Part shown: positions 1 through 12,091 of the stretch, in pieces
How positions within the stretch are numbered: the stretch's first letter is position 1
Layout: the number at the start of each line of letters is the position of its first letter
From: Felis catus
Lineage: Eukaryota
Assembly: GCF_018350175.1 (NCBI RefSeq)
Contig: NC_058368.1
Location: 40,860,001-40,924,000 of the forward strand
Length of the DNA: 64,000 bases
Direction: 5' to 3'
The notes under the pieces: generated by a model
Seen by the model: only the letters and a program-made list of their open reading frames with translations
Told to the model about the DNA's origin: nothing
Database searches by the model: none
Position numbers and translations under genes: made by a program

Positions 1-37
1 AAGAAGAAGAAGAAGAAGAAGAAGAAGAAGAAAAGAA
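1..37. repeat. (AAG)n microsatellite, cut by window edge
   Basis: Ten AAG units followed by AAAAGAAA. Confidence 0.95.
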
Positions 38-39
38 AT

Positions 40-900
40 CAGAGATTCCAGGCAGTCCCTGATCCACAGGAGTTATAAAATATTGTTGAGCAAGAATTTT
101 GAAAAATGCCTATGTTGGTAGGGTTGTAAATTACTTGTAGAAACACTAGTTTTACTCTCTGGGCTGACTCCTGTCTCATTGTGTTCTGTAGACTCTGGCT
201 CTGCTCACTGGGAATAGTCTCCCTGCTCAATGTCTACTGTCACTGTATGGCTTTCACGGCCAGCTTCCATCTGGTACAGGTTTGAAGCCCAGAGTTTGCC
301 TTAGGAATCAAACAGCCACTGTGCTTTTCAGGCCAGGCGTGTGGTATCTTTGGCAATATAAATCACTAGAAACTGATTTGGCTTTGGATCTGTTTTCTTT
401 CAGTCAGTTATACGGGCAAGGGAACACATGGAAAACCTTGTCTACACAAAGCACTGAATCTGACTTTGTCTATTATCAATGCCTTTTTGCTGAGCCCTTT
501 CCTCTCTCTTAGATTTATGGTAGCAAACTTGAGGGCATCAAAATTACAGGCTGGGGTGGAAAGGTAGCATCTGATATCTGATAGTTGGCTGTTTGATTTG
601 GCAGGCTTCTACTGAGTCTCTTGGGAAAATTTTTTCAGTCTTACTTCCTGCTAAGGCTGCGTCTTCACAACCACCTGTTATAATGAGCCTCAGTTCTTGC
701 AATAATTTGGTAAAAGTCAAAAGCAGCATCCAACACACAGTTACATTTTGAGATTTATGGGATGGTTCTAGTAATGCTCAGGTTCTTGGCAACATGAGCC
801 GCCACTGAGAATAACACAGGTTACAGTTTTGTGAAATATTTTGCCACAGATTAACAAATAACTAGAGATCTTTGCCTTCTGCCACTGACAACTAGTCAGT
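40..900 (-). mobile_element. MaLR internal region (MLT1-int-like), decayed
   Basis: Minus strand reads TGGCAAAATATTTCACAAAACTGTAACCTG...AAAATGTAACTGTGTGTTGGATGCTGC...ATTATTGCAAGAACTGAGGCTC, which resembles recalled MLT1-int consensus. Confidence 0.6.
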
Positions 901-1161
901 TCCATATATTTTAACTCACTTTTGATATCATCTACTGTATGAGTTCTAAATTCAGAACAATAAATGCAACTAATTTTAATTGTTGTAAATTAGAATATAT
1001 CTAGTTATAAAATCTTGTGTATTTACAATGTTGTTGAAAAGGATAGAGGTCAGGCTCTGTTTAGGGACGCCACAGTGAATGGTATAAAACATAATTACCC
1101 ATCAAGGAAGATGCCATCTGTCAGGCCAACATAAGAACTATTGCTTAAAGAAAATTATCGA

Positions 1162-1392
1162 GGGGTGCCTGGGTGGCTTAGTCAGTTAAGTGTCCAACTT
1201 CAGCTGGGGTCATGATCTGGTGGTTGATGGGTTCGAGCCCCACATGGTGCTCTGTGTTGACAGCTCAGAGCCTGCAGCCTGCTTTAGATTCTGTGTCTCC
1301 CCCTCTCTCTGCTCCTCCCCACTCACTCACTCTCTGTTGCTCTCTCACTCTCAAAAATAAATAAACATTGTTAAAAAGTAAAAAAAAAAAAA
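1162..1392 (+). mobile_element. CAN-SINE (SINEC)
   Basis: GGGGTGCCTGGGTGGCTTAGTCAGTTAAG head, B box GGTTCGAGCC, CT tract, AATAAA and A tail; TSD AAAATTATC at 1151-1159 and 1389-1397. Confidence 0.97.
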
Positions 1393-1539
1393 TTATCTGA
1401 CCCCTTAATCTTGTTTTCTCATATGCATTGTTTTATTTTTGTTATCTCCTGTTTTACTAGCGGTAACCTATACTTCAGTATCCTCAACCTTATTCAATAT
1501 TGCCCACAGTTTTAAATTTTCAGCATTCGCACAGCCATC

Positions 1540-2590
1540 ACTGGACCAGGCTGGGTCCATGAATGACTAAAAGAAGGAACCTAGGGTCAGTGACAGAAAC
1601 ATAGCCTCTGCTGAGTCTGTCATATCAGACAGAAGTGAGATGGCCTTCTATCTTAATAACCTACACTTCACGTTTTCTAGCACATTCACATAAAGAGTTG
1701 ACTCCTATAGCTTTTTCCTAAAGCAGAAATTAGTTGAGGACTGGGCTACTGTCATTCCAGGTACTAAATATTGGGGAGAAGAAGAATAGGTGGAAAACAA
1801 AGTAATTGCCTTGGACTTTTCCTATAACAGTGGGGGCAGCAGGATCAGACATAGGACACATTATCCTACCCATCATATTTCTATTATTAATTGTATCGGT
1901 ATGTTTACTGGATCTGTTAAAACTTATTAAACCGTACAACTGAGCTCCTGAAGAAAAACTCTTTTTTCAGTGAAAGAAATAAAGAGTTGATGCCATGTGA
2001 TATACCTGTCTTATCATAACGCTGTATCAGCCAGAAAATATAGCCTTCTATTTTATTGAAATGCTAGAAGACTACAGTTCAGAAGAGTGAAGGTGCTGTT
2101 CCTTAGGATATTGTACACTTTTTGACCTAATAAACTAGATTACTGTTCTTCCCATTTTCAAATTTCATAGATTTGAGACCAAATATTAGAAGTGGGGTTG
2201 ACACTAATATACACTAATATTTACTAGGTAATTTTTACCATTTTCCCCTGTGATTATGGAATCTAATATCATGCTATGAGAACCCCAAAGAGAAGTACTT
2301 TCATTATGAATCACAATATACTTTCATTATGAATGAAGTGCTCTCATTATGAATCAACATGCTTCCACTATTGTTGGAAGGTCAGCCTACCTCCTGTGTA
2401 TTTGAAGATCCTCATGACTGAGTCCTACACAAGATATGCAGTTACCTGACTCTCTGAGATGACTAATTCTGGTGGTGAGAGAGGAGTTAAGATTTCTGTC
2501 ATGCACTGAGCTTGTGGACACAGAAGAATGGACGATAGGGATTCCTGAGGTTCTACTCGTATCACAACATCAAGTGATAAAAGGCAATTC
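1540..2590 (+). mobile_element. ERVL-type internal remnant (integrase 3' end / dUTPase region), heavily decayed
   Basis: GGTGCTGTTCCTTAGGATATTGTACACTTTTTGACC...CTGTTCTTCCCAT...AGAAGTGGGGTTG and AAGGTCAGCCTACCTCCTG resemble the recalled ERVL pol 3' region; no open frame. Confidence 0.5.
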
Positions 2591-2599
2591 TTGGTATTT

Positions 2600-3080
2600 G
2601 GGGTAGCTTTCCAAGTTTCATAATGTTAGTGTGATGCTTTGTTGCATCATACCTGTAGGATCATAATGAGAGGAATTTTTCTTCTCATCAGCCACTAATA
2701 GTTAAGGTAAAAGCATCAGAAGAAGCATCAGTCAAGTACATTGTTTTTCCTAAAGCACTGAAGCTGGGGAGACAGAGACAGAGACAGAGATTGAGAGAGA
2801 GATTGAAGGCGAGATGACAGAGAAGCTGGAACTCCCTGTTCATGTCTACCCTCAGCAAGGGCAGCACCCAGTAGTCGTAACAGTAGTTTCCTGACCAAAT
2901 TATCTCTGCAGTGTAAGCTGTGAAATGTCTTTATTTATTTTTTTAATTTCTGAACCTACTCATCTATACCGATATTAGTTATATGATCCACTTGTAGCAG
3001 CACTCCAATCAATCCCCTATTTGTTTAAGAAAGCCAGTGTTAGCCTCTATAGCTTGCAAAAAATAACTCGAAATTGATAC
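2600..3080 (+). mobile_element. Old ERVL/MaLR-class LTR
   Basis: Ends in TTTGTTTAAGAAAGCCAGTGTTAGCCTCTATAGCTTGCAA, typical of ERVL/MaLR U5 ends; directly follows the ERVL-like internal remnant. Confidence 0.45.
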
Positions 3081-3099
3081 TGTTTTTTTGTGTCCAGAG

Positions 3100-3700
3100 T
3101 TGCTTCTGAAAATTTTGATGCCAACTGGACTCTTTTTTCCTTTGTGGATAACTATTTTCCTCTTTCTGTAAACATTTCTATACTTGTTGCTGTTTTCGAT
3201 TTTTATTTTAATTGATTTATTTTCTTCTGCTTGGAACATTTTCAGTTACAATTTTATTTTATTTTTATAGCATCTCAGGTATCTCACTTTTCTCCCTGTG
3301 AAATGCCTGTAAAGAAGGATAAGAGAAATTTTGAATCATCAAGCATTTTACGTTTTCATTAACACTTTCCGTTTTGGCTCATATCACCTGCATTTTGGAA
3401 GAATATTCAGTTTCTGTCCTCAGATTCAAATTTCTATTGTTATCTATGTTCATAGTATTACTCAGTTCATTAGTTGAATTTTTCTCCCAAATTTAGAAAA
3501 GTATATTAAAATTTCACAAATCTGTTTATTCCTACCACATAATGTCTTTTTTCTTATTTTATGGATATTAGAGACACTATAATTTTAAGTGTTTAATTTC
3601 TCAGTTGAGACTATCAAATTTTCTATTTAGTTTTTGTACAAAATTCATTTGGTTTTTCAAAATGCCTAATTTCCTGTTCTCTCATTCTCTCTCTCTTTGT
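3100..3700 (-). mobile_element. Ancient L1M fragment
   Basis: T-rich stretch with wording typical of antisense old L1 ORF1 region; weak similarity only. Confidence 0.35.
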
Positions 3701-4164
3701 CTCTCTCTCTTCTCTCCTTCTCTTTTTGCATTTGAAAATTTGTGTTTTCTTATTCTGAAATGTAAGATTTTATTGCAGTAGTATATTTAATAGTATATTT
3801 ATATGCTAGTTATGGTATACGTAGTAAAGTATTTAGGATCCCAATTTACAAATTAATTTTGGGTCCTAGACTCCAAATCAAATGCTATTCGACAGTGAGA
3901 TTTTCTCTTTGGTCAGTCGTTAGTTGGAACCTGAAGAATTTAAAGTAAAAATATGGTAATACAACTTATTTGTAATGTGCTACATGTATATACCTGGGTA
4001 TAAATTCTGTGTTTGAAAACTAAGAGTGTATTTGGTTTAATTAACTTATTTTAATAGGATTGGTAAATTGTTTTTACAATGAGTAATCTAGCTCCTAATT
4101 CCACAGATTTCTACAACAGTTCTTTTCAAATTTTGATGTATCTACAGACTGTCTCTGAATATTC

Positions 4165-4265
4165 TTAAAATGCAGTTGCTGATTCAATAGTTCTATAAAG
4201 GGATCATTATTTCTAAAAAATCCCCAGGTGATACCAATGCTAGGACCGTAGATCACACTTTGAAT
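4165..4265. mobile_element. MER5-like hAT-Charlie MITE fragment
   Basis: CCCCAGGTGATACCAATGCTAGGACCGTAGATCACACTTTGA resembles the MER5 terminus. Confidence 0.6.
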
Positions 4266-4334
4266 CCAAAGTATGTACCTGGAAATTATGACACCTACAG
4301 TTACTTGGACCTTTAAGAACGTCAGCTTATATAT

Positions 4335-4460
4335 GTGCATTAACTTGGTGGGGGGAATCCTTTGACACTATATATGTCAAACCATCACATTCTACACTTT
4401 AAATATCTTACAGTTTTGTCAATTATACCTCAATAAACTTGAAAACAAAACAGTAAAATA
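4335..4460 (+). mobile_element. L1M 3' end fragment
   Basis: CATCACATTCTACACTTTAAATATCTTACAGTTTTGTCAATTATACCTCAATAAA followed by A-rich tail. Confidence 0.75.
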
Positions 4461-4539
4461 TACTGCTTTAAACAGAAAAAATAACAACATCACCATATAT
4501 ATTTCTGAAGCAGTTTGAACTGACATTTAGTATCTCTAG

Positions 4540-5460
4540 TAAGTGAAGTTGTTGTTACACCTGCATGTTTGGGAATCCCATTGTAGAGTTGTAATACCCA
4601 CCTCACTAGAAGATGTCAACTCAAGTCCTCTGGGGCCTACAGGATCCACACCTGGTCACCATCTCCTGCTCAACACCTTGCCTGGAGTATTGGAAGTATC
4701 TCCCTTAATAAAGGTCCATCTTGATCTGATGGACCTTGAATCCTTCTTTAATTGTGTCAAGGGTAGCTGGAAAGGATTTTTAATCCTCGATATTGCTTTA
4801 CTTCTATTGTTAGCTTGTTTAAATGCTATGAAAAATAAATCTTCACTTGATTTCATCTTTGGAGAAACATGGTCCACCTAAGACTAGGAGAAGTAGTCTT
4901 CCTCTGCTGACTATGGAGGGTGAATGGATGCATGGCAGTTGGTCTGTATCTCCACTTTTCTGGATCTCAAAGCCTTTAGATTCCAAGTTCCTATTAGATG
5001 TTATCGTTCAACTAGTGTCATTGTCATGAATCTTGTCCCAGATATGCTATTTCTTCTCTCATAGTTCCAATTTCTGTGACCTATACTTAGGAATTTATCC
5101 TGAGACTTACACTGGAGTTGATGCTTTCCATTTATAATTTTGTCTTCCTCTGGTCTCCTGGGGTTATCTGGAGATACTTCAGGATCTATTCTGCAGCACC
5201 TGGATCCTGGCAAGAGAACTATCCAGACAGCAGCTATATACTTTTCTAACCTGTTGGAAATTATCATTGTTACTTCTTCTCAGCATAGGAAGTCCAGTGG
5301 GCAGCTGGTTGTATTGCATTAATAAAATTTCCTTTTATCTTGCTCCAGACTTTGTTATTGCTATTTTTTATTAGTTGAATGTAAGCTTTAGGATTCCTGG
5401 CATTGATCTTATTCTGTATTTGTTTTCTCCAAAGCTTAATTTGAATAGTGACTCTTTGTT
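4540..5460 (-). pseudogene. Unassigned degenerate coding-like segment (possible retrocopy, LINE ORF relic or endogenous viral element)
   Basis: Five ORFs of 60 aa or more within 800 bp; purine-rich minus strand; the 88-aa and 73-aa minus ORFs share one frame; no confident protein identity. Confidence 0.35.
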
Positions 5461-5499
5461 CTATTTTCTCTACCAGCCTCTTTTTTTTCTTTTTTAGCC

Positions 5500-6900
5500 A
5501 TTCATCTATTTATTCACTGCTTTTAATTTCTTATCTATGAAATATTACAAACATGCAAGACTAGAGAGAAGGTTATGAACTTCTAAAGACTCATCACCCA
5601 AACTGATCAACTCATATCAGTAATTTGGTGCTTTAGCTTTAGCTACTTTTTTTTTTTTTGGTGTTTGTTAGCTTTTTTGCTGCTGAAATATTTTAGAGCA
5701 AATCTTCTGCATGTCATTGCCCTTCTATATTAGTTGACATCTCTTAAAAAATGGCCATTACATAGCACCAGTGATATCACCATAACAAAATTAAAAATAA
5801 CTCCTTAGCATCATTTGATATCTACTTTATGTAAACTTCCCAATGGTAACAAAATACAAAATGGTTACAAATTTCATATTTTGATTTGTTTGTGTGAGAA
5901 TTTCAATTGTTTATCTGACCCCTTGAGGTGTTAACTTGCAATTCTATGCACCCTATTCACCTGAGTAAGAATTAAAAGTTACTTCTAATTGTTGAATTAG
6001 ATTTTGGTTCAAATGTTGTTGGTAGGAACACTTTAGAAGTTGTGGCAGGTACTGATATTTTGTCATATCCCAGATAATAATAGATTATTTCACTTTTAGT
6101 GATGTTGTTTGATTATTGGAATTATAAAGTTTTTATAAGCATTTTATAAAATAGTTGCACATTAAGAAGACTTGGTTGAATTAGTTTTTCATTAAGGATT
6201 CCAAAATTATGATTTACTAATTCTTTCCACAATTATTAGGTGGACTTCTGTAGAAAGGAATTTCTCTCATTGGAGAGGGCTATGTTGTTATCCAGTAATA
6301 GTTATTTCAGAAAATACAAGATTAACTTTTAATTATTTCCCTTTGCTTGGCATTTTAAATGATGTTGGTGACCTAACTGCTGACCCTGGTAAAACTGGAT
6401 TTTTACATATTCAATCAGTTTGAATCAACGTTAGTCATTTTTTTAATGCCCCAATTACCTCTTCTTTGGCCAAGTGAACACTTCAATCTGTCTTTGAAAG
6501 CTTATTTGCTTTTGTGGCATAAGACATTACAGTTTCATTTCATACATCTCGACAAGACCCAGGGTTTGTCATTTCATTTAGAAGCCTTGTGTCCTTTAAG
6601 TGGAGAATATATGTAGACACTAGGTCTAGGCATTAGTCTCGCTTGTTTCTGCCGAACTATTACTGGTATTTGGTCTTTACATGGGCAAAAGTAAACATTT
6701 ATTTTTTAAAAGAAAATGAGTCTCTAATGATATTTAAAGTTTTAAATGTAAAGGATTTAGTTAAATTATGGTTTTGTACTTTAGTTTTTTTCTTCTGTTA
6801 CACTCATTTCTTGGTTCTGAAGAGCATTAATAAAATTATTAATTTGCTTTATCTGTATATACATTTAAATATATGAAGGATATATATTTTTAAATACAAA
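5500..6900 (-). mobile_element. Old L1 (L1MC/L1ME-like) 3' UTR fragments
   Basis: TATGAAATATTACAAACATGCAAG...CATCACCCA start and CCTTTAAGTGGAGAAT...GACACTAGGTCTAGG motifs typical of L1MC/ME 3' ends. Confidence 0.55.
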
Positions 6901-7609
6901 TACAACTTTTAACAATAAAACTATGGACTGAGGTTCACACTTTTCTTGCCTTATCTGCTTGGTAATTGTATTTCCTATTATGTAACTAAATTCTGTTATT
7001 ATTTGCAGTAATTTCCTCATGTACTTTTTGCATTTCCCCAAAGCTCAATTTATTCATTGCCACCAAGCTTTATAACGTTTCCATTCTGATTATTATCTCT
7101 CCAATTGCCTTGTTTCCTTGCACTGGCTAAAACTCCCAGTACCATTTCAAATAGTAGTTGCAAAAGCATTTATATAGTGCAGCAGCTGCTGTAGATTTCA
7201 TGGGTTTCAGTAGCAGCCAAATCCTTGTATTGCCTCTTTTCTTTTTTGTAAATTATCTAGCCTACTTTCCTCTCCTTTATCCTTTAAACTTAAAAACGGG
7301 TTTATATACAACTCTAATGTTCACACTGTCTCTTCAAATTGTGTGTTTTGCCTTTTAGTATGCCTTGTAATTCTGTTGTTGTTGTTGAAAGTGGGACGGA
7401 ATCTACTGGGCTAAACACTTAGATAAAAAGGTTTTAGTGTGCGGTTTTACATTTATCTCGCTCAGAGTTATGCTGTGTTTATTGTTTGCTGCAACTGTGG
7501 TATAAGAGGGTAAAATTTGCTCTTGTGGTTTCTGTCTCTCTTGTTATCTTTGGGTGTCCCTATAGAACTCTTGTTTTGTTTTGCTTTCTTTTTTTTTTCT
7601 TTTTAATTT

Positions 7610-7815
7610 TGGGTTGATATTTATTTTTTATAAATAATTTAGATTTAGAGAAGAGCTGGAAATATAATTGAGTTCTTGTATACTCTCTACCTAGCTACCA
7701 CTAATGTTAACATTTTACATAACCATGTACATTTATCAAAACTAAGAAATCAACATTGGTATCCTATGGTTAAATAAGCTAAAGACTATATTAGGATTGC
7801 ATCAGTTTCCGCACA
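7610..7815 (-). mobile_element. L1MC/L1MD-like 3' end
   Basis: TAATTTAGATTTAGAGAAGAGCTG...TAATGTTAACATTTTACATAACCATG...AAAACTAAGAAATCAACATTGGTA. Confidence 0.7.
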
Positions 7816-7825
7816 GTAGAATTAA

Positions 7826-8360
7826 ATTTTTTTTCCAGTTTTATTGAAATATAATTGACATATAACATTGTGTAATGTTAAGGTATATAATGTGATGATT
7901 TTATACACATATATAATGCAAAATGCTTAGCGCAATATAGTTCATCAACACATCCTTCACCTAACATAATTACAATTTTGTTGTTGTTATGGTGAGAAAA
8001 TTAAAGCTCTATTCTCATCCTTTCATGTATACAATACAGCATTGCCAGCAGTACTCACTATGCTGCACTTTAGAACCATGGAACTTATTTATCTTATGAT
8101 TGAATGTTTATACCCTTTGACCAACATTTCCTCATTTCCTTCACCCATCAGCCCCTAGGAGCTATCATTTTACTCTTCGTTTCTGTGAGTTTGATGTTTG
8201 TAGATCCACATATAATTGAGATCAGGCAGTATTTGTGTTTCCCTGTTTAACTTATTTCACTTAGCATAATGCCTTCGAGATGTATCCGTGTTGTCACAAA
8301 TGGCAATTTATTCCCCATTTTAATGGTATTATATCCCACTGTATATATTCACCACATTGA
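7826..8360 (-). mobile_element. L1MA-like 3' end
   Basis: TTTTATTGAAATATAATTGACATATAACATTGTG...CCCTTTGACCAACATTTCC...TTATTTCACTTAGCATAATGCC with poly-T at left. Confidence 0.85.
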
Positions 8361-9440
8361 CAACTGCTCAATCCTTTTTGACTTCTTTGGGAGACCCACA
8401 GTGGCTTCAAGGGCTGTTGGGGTGTTCAGTGCCATCTTTAGGATGAGGCGCTAGGGATAAGGACAGGCAGTGGTGGTGGCAGGAGCTGGTGGTGTGCATA
8501 TATTCAGCTGTGAGGGGCCAGCTGCAAGTGCCTTTGTAGTGTTAGAGACTGTTTGCAGACACACACAAAGTGGTGAAGGCCAGGGCCGGCAGTGGAGCTA
8601 GGATCAGTTATGGCTGTGCTGGCAGCTGCGTGGTCCTTTGCTGTGTTTGTGCACTTTTGTGGCTGCAGGGTCTCCCCATGAACACACACATGGCAGTGGG
8701 GCCAGTGAAAGGGGTCAGGCCAGTGATGTACAGATGCATAGTTGGAGGGGCTAATTGGGAGGAAGCCTAATGATGCAGGCCAGTGAGAGGAGATAGGGCT
8801 GTCTCTGAGCCCACAGGCAGCTGTGGAAACCGTGGATGTCTGTGCGCTCCTGTGGCAGCATAGTCTTCCCGTAGGAACATTGTAGTGTGTATATAAGTGA
8901 TGGGGGTCTGACTGTGCTGGATGCACAGCTGGGAGACGAGCTGGAGGGGAGCTTAGTGGTGCAAGCAGTCACAAGGGCCAAGGCCAGATCCAGGCCACAA
9001 TCAGATTGGGGGCCCTAGCAGTCAGTGTGTACTCTTGTGGCTGCAGGGTCTCCCCTTGGGTTTGTGTTCAGCAGTAGAGGCTGGTGTTGGGAGCTGGGCT
9101 GGACTGTGCAAGATGCACAGCTAAAGGCTAGCTATAGGTTAGCCCAGTGGTGCAGGCCAGTAAATGGACATAGGACTGAATCTGAGCCCATACACAGCTG
9201 TAGGGGCTTAGACTGCAGGTTCACACTTCAGTGGTTGCAGTATCTCACATGGTCATGCCCATGGTAGTAGAAGCTAGTGATAGGAGCCATGCCAGTAATA
9301 TTCAAGTACACAGCTACAAGAGTTAACCTCAAGCATGTACATGGCAGTGGGGTCAGCCCTGGGGGTTTATAGGCTGGTGTCTTCCATTTGAGGAGCCACA
9401 GGGGCCTGGGCTGGCTGCCAGTACAAATGCCTCTTTAAAA
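8361..9440 (-). mobile_element. GC-rich internally repetitive segment, probable old L1 5' UTR
   Basis: G-rich on + strand with recurrent GGGCCAG and CACAGCTG motifs and a ~378-bp internal duplication; embedded among L1 pieces. Confidence 0.5.
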
Positions 9441-9449
9441 CTGGGACTT

Positions 9450-9760
9450 TTTTTTAGGAGACTTTGATCCTCAAACGTGTCCACACTGAGCCTCTAGCAA
9501 TTCACCAATTGTAGTTTAGGTGTTCTTTCCCTGGTCCTAGTTCCCATGAAAAGAAAACCTCCATAAATTGTTATCTTCTTTCTTTCTGTCTGTCTGTGTC
9601 TTCAACTCTGGGGACAGAAGTTTTCTCTGATCTCAATTCTCTTACAGATCAAAGAAGAGTCGCATATTTTCAGTTTGTTCATCTCTTTTTTTTTTCTTGT
9701 TGTGTGCACGGATGACAACTACTAAGCACCTCATATGTTGGACCCCAAACCACAAGTGCC
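9450..9760 (-). mobile_element. Old L1M 5' terminus
   Basis: GATCAAAGAAGAGTCGCATATTTTCAGTTTGTTCATCTCTTTT...AAACCACAAGTG resembles the antisense L1M 5' end. Confidence 0.65.
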
Positions 9761-10609
9761 CCTCCAATTCTGTATACTTAATTCCCTCCTTGAAATATCT
9801 AGAGTGATATCTGTTTTCCAATCAGGACTAAATCATACATCACAAAAATTGATAGAGGTTAACCATATTACCTAAAATTATGGTAATACCCATCTGACAA
9901 ATATTAATATAAATGGTTGAATATTTTATTTCCATTGTGTCCAAGTATTATGTTTCCAAATTTAGGAAGGTCATTCAAGAAAGAAATAAATGGAGAGAAG
10001 GAAGAGAATGAGATAATGAAGAGGAGGGAGAGGAGGAACAAGAAAGGAAAGAGAATGGAAAGAAAAAATTAAAAAACGGATAGAAACTTTTGATGCTGGT
10101 TATTAAGAGGTTAATAGTAGCTTCCAAAAGAGATTTCAGACTCAACCTAGAAGACAATTTCAATACAAGACGTCAAAGAATAAGAGTGATAAACATATAT
10201 AGTGTATACTTCAACTACATGTTCATTTCCTTTTTGGAACGGTAGGAAGAAGTAATGCTATATATAAAGGCTAACTGGATCAAAGGGAAGTTTTAGTAGT
10301 TATTTTGTTTAGAATGGAACATTGTTTGTTTAAAATGGGATCAAAGGCCGAGGGTCAGAAGAGTGATTGATGGCAGGAGAGAGAGATTAGACATTTGATA
10401 ATGTATTCTCCTGGAGGATACGGAGAAGGTTGGATTTGAAAGCTCCAGTATTTTAAAAAATGATGCTATTAAAGTGTTTCCCCTCCTGGGAAAAGTTTAG
10501 GTGTCTGTTATAAAAGGACACCTTTTCCTTTGGGCAAAATAACTAAAGCAAAGCTAAGAGATAGGATTGCTATACCAGGCATCTGAAGGTATGGGGGATG
10601 GTCCCTGCA

Positions 10610-10735
10610 CCATTTTTATACATATAACCTTGGAAAAGTCCTTTAGTGCTCTCTGTGTTACTTACCTCATCAGTAATATAAATATAATAGGGATTTGGGG
10701 GAAGCTTAGTGAGATAATGTCTCTAATGTGGATTT
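10610..10735 (+). mobile_element. MIR fragment
   Basis: TAACCTTGGAAAAGTCCTTTAGTGCTCTCTGTG...CCTCATCAGTAA...TGAGATAATG core. Confidence 0.65.
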
Positions 10736-11558
10736 AGAAATAAATTTTAAAAATTAGTTTCTTGCGTGTACAGCCACTGGCAAGAGTGATAAAGTGAACA
10801 TTTGCGGCAGGTGCTATGTTAGAGGATCCTTCAGGAAAAGACATTCACACCTTTAAACTTGTGAATAAGCCAACATAAAACACTGCTTACGGCTTTTAAA
10901 TGAACTCTAAATTGCTGTTTAGACATTGTTAGCACACTCAAAATACCTACTTGGAAATAATCTGGGATTAATTTGTATTTATTAATACAAATCTCAAGTT
11001 CCATCTTTAAACCAGGCCAAATAATGAGAGCTTTTGCAGTTTCCATACTTATCATTCTGAAATCACATTTAATTTGGAAATACGTGATTCAAAAGGAGTT
11101 TTTAAAAAGAGAATAGTGTTTTAAAGTAAAAATCTTTATCGTAGGGAACATTCTGGCACAAGATAATTTGTGTTTTACAACTCAAAAAATCCTTGTCTGA
11201 GAATAAATTTCTCCATAGTCTCTTTTGTAATCCTTTCACTTTGAAATGTCTTTTAATTAGAACTGTATATGTTCAATGATGTATATGTAAAATGTATATT
11301 TTATTTTGTCTTAATCAGGAACGTCTCCCACCTATGACATCAGTATTCAAATCTAATTTTTTTGTGTGTTTCCATTTCCCTTAGTTTCCCTCAAAGCCTC
11401 AGCACAACCCATTCATATGGCAAAGCATGTCCCTTGTAAGAGAACATTTTTAGACAGAAGGGAGAATCAGAAAATAAAGAATTTGATAACTATAGCTTTG
11501 ATGGGTAGTAGAGAAAAATATGGTGAAACCAGGTAACAGCTGTGTAGAAGAGACAATG

Positions 11559-11935
11559 CTGTGTTCAGTAAACTATTTCATTTTTCTCCCAGGGCTCAAA
11601 GGAGGATATATATCCCTGGTACTTGGTGTCTATGTGGGGTCATGAGATAACTTCCAACCAATGGAAATTGAGTGATAGTGTTGAGCCACTTCCAGGCCAG
11701 ATACATGCAGAAAACATCTCCAATCTATGAATCTCCTTTTCCTTCCTCTTCCATGGCTAATTTGATGGTCTTTTGTTGAGAATAGTGAGGCCAAGATTCA
11801 GGGAGACTGTGTCTATGAGAAATTGAATATAGTAGAGTACATTTTAACTGTAGTCTTCTTGTCCCAGTAAGTTGGACTCTGATGTTATTGACCATTGAAT
11901 TTTGATCTCAGTTACTTGTTACCATAGTACTTGTT
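11559..11935 (+). mobile_element. MLT1-type MaLR LTR
   Basis: GGGGTCATGAGATAACTTCCAACCAATGGAAATTGAGTG...CCACTTCCAGGCC and terminal TTGTTACCATAG. Confidence 0.7.
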
Positions 11936-12091
11936 TAGTTACTTGGTACAAACATCATTTTCCATGTATAGCTTACCTAGACTTTTGACTTTGAGTCCCC
12001 TATTTAAATCTAATTTTTTCAAAACTTTTTATTTGGTCACTTTTAGAAAAGGAATCATTTAACTCCACAGAAGCCATACTTGAAGATCCCA

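Noticed and set aside
1162..1245. tRNA-like A and B boxes in SINE heads
   Set aside because: These are the tRNA-derived heads of CAN-SINEs, not tRNA genes.
4711..4737. Perfect 10-bp inverted repeat AAGGTCCATC / GATGGACCTT
   Set aside because: About one such stem is expected by chance in 64 kb.
8504..8981. Cluster of long ORFs in the GC-rich block
   Set aside because: Stop codons are scarce in GC-rich repetitive UTR-like sequence, and the peptides show no family motifs.
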